Origin: a virus
Lineage: Duplodnaviria > Caudoviricetes
DNA length: 43,011 nt
IMG/VR virus record: IMGVR_UViG_3300025502_000041
Span: 1-43,011 of that record
Strand: one strand, 5' to 3'
The position numbers and the translations under genes are program-made. Positions 1 to 6,381 of this stretch are shown here, one piece after another. Position 1 is the first letter of the stretch; the number at the start of each line of letters is the position of its first letter. The notes under the pieces are model-generated. The model made no database searches, was not told the DNA's origin, and saw nothing but the letters and a program-made list of their open reading frames with translations.

Positions 1-1
1 T

Positions 2-148
2 GGGTCCTGGTCCACGTACTGGCAAGACCACGACGACTGGACTGGATCCGCAGACCTAGCAAAGGGAGCACCTGCCTTGTTGGCGTCTTGGATAGAGAGT
101 CTCCCAATGTATGAGAGCCCTGTGACACAAGAAACAGGCATGCTGTAA
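2..148 (+). CDS. 3' part of a hypothetical protein (5'-truncated by window edge)
   Basis: Frame 2 is open from base 2 to TAA at 146-148 (GSWSTYWQDHDDWTG...QETGML) and lies on the same strand as the following genes. Confidence 0.5.
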   Translation, partial: GSWSTYWQDHDDWTGSADLAKGAPALLASWIESLPMYESPVTQETGML

Positions 149-160
149 CTAAATAAAGAT

Positions 161-269
161 TGACAGAGTCGAGCCTAGCTCCTTTGTTATAGCGGACAAC
201 GTGGTTAGGGGTAACTAGTTGTCCGCACTGGAGGTGTTGAGGGTTCCTACTTTCTCCTTGACACCTCCA
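161..269 (+). other. Three back-to-back RNA hairpins (structured intergenic element or terminator)
   Basis: Stems 161-189, 192-226 and 229-269, each separated by 2 nt, with several G-U pairs on the + strand. Confidence 0.6.
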
Positions 270-286
270 ACCATTTTTGATACAAT
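258..286 (+). promoter_or_regulatory. Sigma70/SigA-type promoter
   Basis: TTGACA 258-263, 17-nt spacer, TACAAT 281-286; AGGAGA Shine-Dalgarno before ATG 304. Confidence 0.8.
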
Positions 287-303
287 AGGACAATAGGAGA
301 ATA

Positions 304-528
304 ATGAAACGAAGCCCGACAAAAGACCAAGTGGTCGCAAAGAGAATTGCTGAAATAGTCAGTGACGTTACATTGGACTTAGACGAGGTAGGGAAATCTA
401 TTGCAAACGCTCACCCAACAGTTATCTATAATAGATTAGTCTTACTTGCGGAAGCTGCCGTAGATGAGAAGACTACAGAGAGAGGACATTCCAGTTTGAA
501 CGATTACCTAGAGGAAAGAGGTTTCTGA
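304..528 (+). CDS. Hypothetical phage protein
   Basis: Strong SD, upstream promoter, TGATG overlap with the next gene. Confidence 0.8.
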   Translation: MKRSPTKDQVVAKRIAEIVSDVTLDLDEVGKSIANAHPTVIYNRLVLLAEAAVDEKTTERGHSSLNDYLEERGF

Positions 529-788
529 TGGCAGAGACAGAGTTTACAGTCAAGACAGAAATGTTGGCAGACCTATGGTTAAACTATAAAGACGACCCAG
601 AGTTCTTAGACTTCATCTCATACAACGATTTGGGGTTACCGCTTTCATACATGCTTGCTAATCTAATCGTTCTTCCTACACCATTAGCAACAACGTTTGT
701 AGAAGAAACATTTGTTCTTTTGCTTGCCGCAATGGAAATTCCAGAAGATGAAGGGTTCGAGTCGCTAGACGATTTGTTCTCTACCTAA
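528..788 (+). CDS. Hypothetical acidic phage protein
   Basis: Translationally coupled ORF with protein-like composition. Confidence 0.8.
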   Translation: MAETEFTVKTEMLADLWLNYKDDPEFLDFISYNDLGLPLSYMLANLIVLPTPLATTFVEETFVLLLAAMEIPEDEGFESLDDLFST

Positions 789-789
789 A

Positions 790-1113
790 ATGTCAGAGGG
801 TGGAGGTATAATGAGTTACATCAGAGATACTAAAAGAGAGAAGACTAAAGTGGCTAACGAGATAGACATGACAGAACTACGGGAGAAATGCTTTATAATG
901 TCAGAATACTTCCTGCCAGTATTTGAAGACTTCTGGTGTGAGGAAGGCAAGGTTGTAACTGAAGATGTGCGCTTTGCTTTATACATGAGTGGACTAACAT
1001 TTCAGATTGCTTTTGCTGTTGAGTATGACTTGATTAGTGTTGAGGGATTGTCCCCCAGAGCTATCGAAGACATCAACGAGGCTCACGCTTACCTAGTTAG
1101 TTTGTCAGGGTAA
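790..1113 (+). CDS. Hypothetical phage protein (true start may be 811 or GTG 850)
   Basis: ORF in operon; GGAGG at 802-806 and TATAAT at 807-812 make the start ambiguous. Confidence 0.7.
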   Translation: MSEGGGIMSYIRDTKREKTKVANEIDMTELREKCFIMSEYFLPVFEDFWCEEGKVVTEDVRFALYMSGLTFQIAFAVEYDLISVEGLSPRAIEDINEAHAYLVSLSG

Positions 1114-1241
1114 CCTGTCATTCTTTCTGGGTGACCAGAGGCCCCGGCCACCTATCTCCATAACCACCATATAAACAATAAAGGTATTAAGAAGCATTAA
1201 GAAGACCCCTCTACGATCGTGAGTTTTTATTGATAAAAGAC

Positions 1242-1270
1242 TTGACATTGATAGAGATCTAAGCTATACT
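1242..1270 (+). promoter_or_regulatory. Near-consensus sigma70/SigA promoter with no downstream ORF
   Basis: TTGACA 1242-1247, 17 nt, TATACT 1265-1270. Confidence 0.85.
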
Positions 1271-1277
1271 ATAGTTA

Positions 1278-1351
1278 AGAAGTTGAGTAGGTGCAAGCTA
1301 GCTAACGTCATTGCGATGTGGCTATGAACTAGCTGCTCAGCTTCTTTTTTT
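1278..1351 (+). ncRNA. Putative ~70-nt rod-like small RNA
   Basis: Starts 8 nt after the -10 box; 13-bp closing stem (1278-1290 with 1333-1345, two G-U pairs), inner stem, ends in a T-run. Confidence 0.65.
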
Positions 1352-1970
1352 ATGCTTGCGGGTCCTATCCCTATATCCTTATTCATCCTATCTGTCATAA
1401 ATACATTACGAAGGAAGTCAAAAAATCGTGAGAGGTATTTACTATAGGGGTATTTCTTATACTTGTGTTTTGTTTATAACTATACCCCGGCTCTGCCGGC
1501 TGGCTCTGCCAGGGCATTAAGAAGAGACCCCTAATCCCCCTAGTATATATAAAAGACATTACGAAGGACATCGAAAGATCGTGAGAGCTATATCTGTATA
1601 TGTCTAATAGTTTAAATAGGTATATGTGTATAGTTGGTATTTATTTTTTGGGGAACCAATCTGATCCAATCCTCCTAGTATAAGACATAATACCCATAGA
1701 GGAAAGACATTATGATAGGGGTTATATTTTGCTATAAATAGTATATGTTTTATAACAAATAAGATAGTTTATTAGATATTATTAATACTTATTGCTATGT
1801 TTGTTTATATTATTAGGGATATATATATGGATATTTGGGAGGGAATTTCTTTTGATCCCCATTTCTCCTAGTATAAGTAATACATCAAAGGGTAGTAGGG
1901 ATACATCTGCTAGGGATATATGGAGCTATTTGTCAAGAAAAAGATTATTACGATGTTATAACGATTGTGT

Positions 1971-2012
1971 CTTTTATCCATATCTCTCCACTCCTATCCA
2001 CTTTACTCCACT
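1971..2012 (+). repeat. Four imperfect 10-bp phased repeats ending in TCCA
   Basis: CTTTTATCCA / TATCTCTCCA / CTCCTATCCA / CTTTACTCCA; TCCA ends at 1980, 1990, 2000 and 2010. Confidence 0.7.
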
Positions 2013-2290
2013 TAGCAATATATTCAGTAAGATAATAACTATCTATACAATGTCGTCAGACATGCTTCTCACAAGCTCTGTGTGCTAATCTAAGGCGGTA
2101 TCAGTACTATTTCTAACTGGGTTATGGGTATATGTCTCAGAGCCTTATATGGCTTATAGTCTTATATGTCTCATAGTTTTCTTTTGATAACTATGTTCTT
2201 TAGCCTTATAGTCTTTCTTAGGATCATTTGTTTGTTCTTATAGGGTTATTGTTTATACTAGGGAGATAGGTCTCTTCTGATACCCCAAAA

Positions 2291-2368
2291 TTATTTGGTG
2301 CGATCGTCTATCCAAGCTAGAAAGGCCACAGCTGTAAATAATGCTACAAAGATTGCTATCCCAACCAT
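2291..2368 (-). CDS. Putative 25-aa single-pass membrane microprotein
   Basis: MVGIAIFVALFTAVAFLAWIDDRTK: hydrophobic helix plus charged tail, downstream of 2406-2654; below the ORF-track cutoff. Confidence 0.45.
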   Translation of the reverse strand: MVGIAIFVALFTAVAFLAWIDDRTK

Positions 2369-2405
2369 GTCAGGATTAGCTGCTTCTACTATGTGTGAAG
2401 TGTTA

Positions 2406-2654
2406 TTATACAGAGGATTCCTGTCCAATATAGACATACCTGGCTACATCAGATACCCCACTCATATTTATTTCAGCACCCAGTCTTAGTTCATAGGTGG
2501 CTATTAAATGATTAATTTCAATGTTGTCGTCATATGGATTATCAAAGGGACTTATGTCTCCTTGTACAATAAACTCAAAAGTTGGTTTCAGAGTTGGTAC
2601 GCTATAGGTAGTTCCATCTGCTGGTCCTCCAACAAATTCTACTGCTACTGCCAT
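2406..2654 (-). CDS. Hypothetical phage protein (GGPxDG motif)
   Basis: AGAAAG SD-like sequence; FVGGPADG N-terminal motif common in small phage proteins. Confidence 0.75.
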   Translation of the reverse strand: MAVAVEFVGGPADGTTYSVPTLKPTFEFIVQGDISPFDNPYDDNIEINHLIATYELRLGAEINMSGVSDVARYVYIGQESSV

Positions 2655-2809
2655 GGTATGTCTTTCTATTAGATGGATGGTGGTTAGATGTTTTAGATAT
2701 TTTATATACCCTCGGAATATGTGAGAATGTTGCTACGTTAGTAGCCTAGTGTGCTCATGCCGCCGAACTTAACTCTTTCGCGACTAACTCTAATTCTTCG
2801 ATCTCTGTC

Positions 2810-2998
2810 TTATTCACCTTGGGCCTTGTCTCTAAAATGTTCTGGGGGATGGGTCTCTACGAAATCTATTTCTATGTCTTCCAAGTTAGCTATTATCCTT
2901 ATCTTATTGTTTATCAATACCAGCGATAATGATCTACAGCTACAGGTGCTTGGAGCTACCAGCGGTAGCCTGTCGTTGCACCATTTGCATATTACCAT
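2810..2998 (-). CDS. Small putative zinc-binding protein, leaderless
   Basis: CxxC...CxC motif; TGA-TATAAT (3005-3010) exactly 6 nt before ATG. Confidence 0.7.
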   Translation of the reverse strand: MVICKWCNDRLPLVAPSTCSCRSLSLVLINNKIRIIANLEDIEIDFVETHPPEHFRDKAQGE

Positions 2999-3072
2999 AT
3001 GTATATTATATCAGGGATGTTGGAGGATATCAAGTCGGAGACTTGTGGGTATCTCCTATTTTCCGCCGAACA

Positions 3073-3543
3073 TTAATCCCTATTTTTTCTGCGAACGCCG
3101 GCTCCGATGACAAAGGCTGAACCAATAATTACCAAGTTTTTCACAATGTACTGTCCCTCGAGAGTTAGTCCAAAGGGGATAACCGTGAAGCAGATCTCAG
3201 GTAAGAGGATTAGTGGTAGGAAGGTTCCAGGCATCTGAAACGCTAGGAGAATAAGTCCTATCCTGTTTAAAGATGGTATTAAGAAGGCAATGCCAATAGC
3301 CACTTCCCATAGACCCAAGAGGGGAACAATGATCTCTGGTGTTAGCCAATAGATTGTTGCTGCTACAAGATCGTATGCAGGGGATAGTTCTCCTATAGTC
3401 TTTAGTACTCCAAACCAGATGAAGATAATACCAATAGAGAATCTTAGAAAGGGAACTCCATACTTACCCGAAAAGTTAATCATTACCCGATCAAACATGT
3501 CCGTGTATCTGGAGATACTATCTATAATTGCTAACTTATTCAT
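3073..3543 (-). CDS. DoxX / DUF417 (YkgB/RclC-like) membrane protein
   Basis: LRFSIGIIFIWFGVLK, LGLWEVAIG and GQYIVKNLVII motifs; about 4 hydrophobic segments. Confidence 0.75.
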   Translation of the reverse strand: MNKLAIIDSISRYTDMFDRVMINFSGKYGVPFLRFSIGIIFIWFGVLKTIGELSPAYDLVAATIYWLTPEIIVPLLGLWEVAIGIAFLIPSLNRIGLILLAFQMPGTFLPLILLPEICFTVIPFGLTLEGQYIVKNLVIIGSAFVIGAGVRRKNRD

Positions 3544-3574
3544 TGTGTCTTCTTACCTCTCTATTGTTATTCTT

Positions 3575-3688
3575 TTACTTGGAGTGACAAGTGCATGAGC
3601 ATGTTACTCCATTAGATATCTCTTGTTGACATAGGCTGTGTTGATTAGTCATACACCAGCCAAACCTACCCTCGGTCCTACGCCCCAT
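3575..3688 (-). CDS. 37-aa Cys/His-rich microprotein
   Basis: MGRRTEGRFGWCMTNQHSLCQQEISNGVTCSCTCHSK; overlaps the stop of the upstream gene; not in ORF track. Confidence 0.65.
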   Translation of the reverse strand: MGRRTEGRFGWCMTNQHSLCQQEISNGVTCSCTCHSK

Positions 3689-3839
3689 TACGAAGCATTT
3701 GCATTATTAAGATAGCATCTATGCAGATAGCATGCTGACACTTATGTATGCAGATTCTTTCTTGGATTAGGCCAATTATCTTTTTGCGCTCTGCTTGGCT
3801 ACCGTCTCGGAATCCCAACTTATAAGTATTACCACCCAT
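3678..3839 (-). CDS. 53-aa hypothetical protein (G-x3-G-x3-ER-xx-II motif)
   Basis: MGGNTYKLGFRDGSQAERKKIIGLIQERICIHKCQHAIC...; TAATG coupling to 3839-4156. Confidence 0.7.
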   Translation of the reverse strand: MGGNTYKLGFRDGSQAERKKIIGLIQERICIHKCQHAICIDAILIMQMLRNGA

Positions 3840-4156
3840 TAGCTCAAGTCTGAATCACTGTCTTCCACTATAATGGACGACTTTCCACTTTTGTGGACTG
3901 CCTCCTCTATAGATACTATCTTAGTCGAAATTATCCAACCGTCCTTACCGCTTATGTACATGCGCTTCCCAACTTGAAGTGGAAGCATCCTGCCAGAATC
4001 CTGGTCCTTGTACGGCTGTGGAATCTCAGAGGTAGGGCTGCCCTCCTCATAGTCAAAACAATACTTGTACCAATACTTAAATTCGAACTGGCCATTGCGT
4101 ATGCAATAACCGCTAGTTAGGTCATAGACAGCCCCAGACTCAGTTGTAATTATCAT
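3839..4156 (-). CDS. Hypothetical phage protein
   Basis: Coupled ORF in minus-strand operon; TESGAVY N-terminus. Confidence 0.75.
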   Translation of the reverse strand: MIITTESGAVYDLTSGYCIRNGQFEFKYWYKYCFDYEEGSPTSEIPQPYKDQDSGRMLPLQVGKRMYISGKDGWIISTKIVSIEEAVHKSGKSSIIVEDSDSDLS

Positions 4157-4305
4157 TTGGTATTCCTATCACAGAAGAACACGAACACCCACTTGCCAAT
4201 AATAATGTCCAGTGTTGGCTGAGTCTTCATATCGTAAAGGTCTATACCAAACACATACTCAGTCCCTAATGAGTTAGAGTCTTTGTATCTTCTAAACTTA
4301 ATCAT
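4153..4305 (-). CDS. 50-aa hypothetical protein
   Basis: MIKFRRYKDSNSLGTEYVFGIDLYDMKTQPTLDIIIGKWVFVFFCDRNTK; GAGG SD; ATGA overlap with the next gene. Confidence 0.65.
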   Translation of the reverse strand: MIKFRRYKDSNSLGTEYVFGIDLYDMKTQPTLDIIIGKWVFVFFCDRNTK

Positions 4306-4339
4306 CTTGTGCCTCTCATGTTTTTACGGATGTTATCTT

Positions 4340-4582
4340 TTATGTTTTTATAGATGGTTCAAGTGCCTCGATTGCTTTCCTAACGCAAACTTCTGCACCA
4401 TCACCATAGCGATGTTTGTAGTATACTCCTTCTTGCTCATAAATGTCAAGATAAGTAGGATCTTCACCAATAGTAGCAATGTAGGTATTCACATCGTCGG
4501 GGTCGGTGCCGCCTTTCGCCCTAGTGATATGTATCTCACTAAGGAGAGTCTGATTTACTCTAATCTGAACGTGTAGTGGCAC
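4340..4582 (-). CDS. Hypothetical phage protein
   Basis: GTG start overlapping the exonuclease end; HRYGDGAEVCVRKAIEAL C-terminus. Confidence 0.7.
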   Translation of the reverse strand: MPLHVQIRVNQTLLSEIHITRAKGGTDPDDVNTYIATIGEDPTYLDIYEQEGVYYKHRYGDGAEVCVRKAIEALEPSIKT

Positions 4583-5138
4583 CGATTACTCCCTTCAGGT
4601 ATTCAAAGCAATAAATGTGCATCAAGCTATCCCAACCTGCGTCGTGCTGATTTTCTGTACCGATCTTTTCAATGGCATAAGCCTTGGCTTTTTTCTTCCA
4701 AGTTGCGGCTTTTACGGGCATCCCGTTCTCCTCTTTATAGTCCAGAGCGAAGCAGAGTGCGTTCAGGTCAACAGTTCTTCTTGAGAAGAGCGAGTAGCTT
4801 TTAGGTAGAGAGTCCTTCACAAAGGGCATGTCAAATGCGCCAACGTTAAACCCGACAGGGATAGTTTTACCCCTGCTGTTAGTATCGACTCCTACTGCAA
4901 TCAACCAATCGTAAACTTGACTGTCAACCTCATCTGGCAAAGGCGCACTTTGTAGAGACTCAAGTGTGATGCCGTGAACCTCAAAAGCACGTTCTGACCA
5001 CTGGCACTCACCTGGATTCATATTCATGGAGATTTGATACCCGTCCTCGGTGGATAGGCCAATCTGAATCAGCTTGCCACCTTCAGCCAGCTCACTGGAA
5101 GACATCTCTCCGTCTAGCCCTATAAATAGGAAGCTCAT
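4560..5138 (-). CDS. DEDDh-family 3'-5' exonuclease (DnaQ-like)
   Basis: ExoI GLDGE, ExoII GFNVGAFD, ExoIII HDAGWD motifs. Confidence 0.85.
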   Translation of the reverse strand: MSFLFIGLDGEMSSSELAEGGKLIQIGLSTEDGYQISMNMNPGECQWSERAFEVHGITLESLQSAPLPDEVDSQVYDWLIAVGVDTNSRGKTIPVGFNVGAFDMPFVKDSLPKSYSLFSRRTVDLNALCFALDYKEENGMPVKAATWKKKAKAYAIEKIGTENQHDAGWDSLMHIYCFEYLKGVIGATTRSD

Positions 5139-5174
5139 TTCTCTCCTTTATAACCAAAAATGATTATTTGCGTT

Positions 5175-5432
5175 TTAGCTTATAAGTTCAATCTGCACTG
5201 AACACTCACAACCCATTAACGCTGTGTGATAGTCACTGCAGTTTTCTGTCAAAACTTGGACAATTCGTCTTCGTTCTCCAAGCAGCGCCCTTGCAATCTT
5301 GGTTTCTATAACCGCAATCAAAGCGTGGGGTGCGTCTAGCAAATCGTTAGCCCAGTGATTATCTAAGAACTCCTGCTCTGCTTGTAGCTCGTCAGGGTCA
5401 AGTGAGCCTAGGTAATCGTTTTGCTTAGTCAT
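5175..5432 (-). CDS. Hypothetical phage protein
   Basis: ATGA-coupled ORF; GERRRIV motif. Confidence 0.75.
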   Translation of the reverse strand: MTKQNDYLGSLDPDELQAEQEFLDNHWANDLLDAPHALIAVIETKIARALLGERRRIVQVLTENCSDYHTALMGCECSVQIELIS

Positions 5433-5701
5433 CTTTTTTCATTCTTGAGTAACGATTCAAATGCCTTACTTCTCAAAAGAGTTAGTGCGTTTGTCGCTGT
5501 CGCTGTTTCGCTCATCAGTTTTTCAGCGCAAGCTCTCCATCCATCCTTGTATGCTTTTTTTATAGCTCTTTCGTGCCTTGGGTCTGGGTTAGCTACATCT
5601 TCTTTCATGTTAGCGATTAGTAAGTTCCTCTTAGCTAGGGTCGCTTGAAGCCCCTCGATGTGAATGTGTAGGTTTTCAATGTTTTGTTCTTGGTTAGTCA
5701 T
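5429..5701 (-). CDS. Hypothetical coiled-coil protein
   Basis: Coupled ORF; start moved to the second ATG (MTNQEQ). Confidence 0.7.
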   Translation of the reverse strand: MTNQEQNIENLHIHIEGLQATLAKRNLLIANMKEDVANPDPRHERAIKKAYKDGWRACAEKLMSETATATNALTLLRSKAFESLLKNEKR

Positions 5702-5882
5702 CCTGTCCATCCTTAATAGCCGCTTCTATTTCCTCAGCAAGAAATGGGTAACTTAGTGTCTGCAAAATATCTCTGGTTGCAGCTAGGTCTTTCATAACTT
5801 TGATGATGCGGTCACGCTCTAGCTCAACCCCAGCGTCGTAGCCAAGTGTCCAGTAAAGCTTGTTGCTTATTTCATCATCCAT
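5694..5882 (-). CDS. Hypothetical protein (GYDAGVELERDRII motif)
   Basis: GGAG SD; coupled to the next gene. Confidence 0.75.
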   Translation of the reverse strand: MDDEISNKLYWTLGYDAGVELERDRIIKVMKDLAATRDILQTLSYPFLAEEIEAAIKDGQDD

Positions 5883-5962
5883 TTTGTTTCTCCGTTTGGA
5901 TTAGGGTCATTAGTTCCGCTTCGCTGATTTTGTGCGCTGTAAAACTTATCTCTATTATTCAT
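5867..5962 (-). CDS. Possible 31-aa leaderless leader peptide
   Basis: TGC-TATACT (5969-5974) 6 nt before ATG; MNNRDKFYSAQNQRSGTNDPNPNGETKWMMK overlaps the start of 5694-5882. Confidence 0.4.
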   Translation of the reverse strand: MNNRDKFYSAQNQRSGTNDPNPNGETKWMMK

Positions 5963-5968
5963 AACTAA

Positions 5969-5990
5969 AGTATAGCAATTAATGTATAAT
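5969..5990. promoter_or_regulatory. Divergent back-to-back -10 promoters
   Basis: TATACT on minus (5969-5974) and TATAAT on plus (5985-5990), each 6 nt from an ATG, at the strand switch. Confidence 0.65.
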
Positions 5991-5996
5991 ATGTCA

Positions 5997-6200
5997 ATGG
6001 AGAATAAATTTAAATACCTGCTGTCCCCTGAGAATATCTACAAACTCACGTTCGAAGATTACGATGGAAAACCCTTTATCGTAGAAGTGACTGGGGAGGA
6101 TATCCTGACCAAACTAAGAAGGGGCTATGCTCTAGAAAAAGCATTAGAGGACCACGGCCTAGACAAAAAAAATATTGACATTTTAGATTTAGAATGGTAG
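5997..6200 (+). CDS. Hypothetical protein, leaderless
   Basis: TATAAT-6nt-ATG; protein-like acidic sequence MENKFKY... Confidence 0.75.
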   Translation: MENKFKYLLSPENIYKLTFEDYDGKPFIVEVTGEDILTKLRRGYALEKALEDHGLDKKNIDILDLEW

Positions 6201-6210
6201 GGTTACAGCT

Positions 6211-6381
6211 ATGACTAAACAATATGATGAGGAAACACAAAAGGCAGCTGCATTTGCCATCGAAGACCTTCAATCTTTTATGGCATCAGCTGGTAGAGAT
6301 GCGACAGAGGCTTCTCTTTTGTCTTGGCAAAAGGGCTACATCGCAGGAGTAAACAGGGCTATGGGGATCCGTAATGGATAG
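6211..6381 (+). CDS. 56-aa hypothetical protein (WQxGYxAG motif)
   Basis: MTKQYDEETQKAAAFAIEDLQSFMASAGRDATEASLLSWQKGYIAGVNRAMGIRNG; not in ORF track. Confidence 0.75.
   Translation: MTKQYDEETQKAAAFAIEDLQSFMASAGRDATEASLLSWQKGYIAGVNRAMGIRNG

Larger units (their letters stand above)
1195..1585 (+). repeat. Dispersed bipartite repeat CATTAMGAAG-N11-ATCGTGAG (3 full copies plus half sites)
   Basis: Copies at 1195-1223, 1404-1432 and 1557-1585, all with exactly 11-nt variable spacers; half sites at 1185-1194 and 1515-1524. Confidence 0.85.

Noticed and set aside
1404-1413. loxP-like arm (CATTACGAAG versus CATTATACGAAG)
   Set aside because: Only a partial match, no 13-bp inverted arms with an 8-bp core, and no tyrosine recombinase in the window
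1195-1585. Mini-CRISPR array linked to the Cas4-like gene
   Set aside because: Units start 209 and 153 nt apart and vary in their middle rather than between identical repeats; no cas1 or cas2 is present
1792-2088. 98-aa ORF in the AT-rich tract
   Set aside because: TTG start without SD, low-complexity composition, and it runs through the repeat arrays; probably spurious
2996-3012. dif-like core ATGTATATTAT
   Set aside because: Fully explained as the -10 box and start codon of a leaderless gene; XerC/XerD arms do not match
3686-3695. Additional CATTACGAAG copy
   Set aside because: Lies within overlapping coding sequence and lacks the ATCGTGAG arm at 11 nt; probably chance
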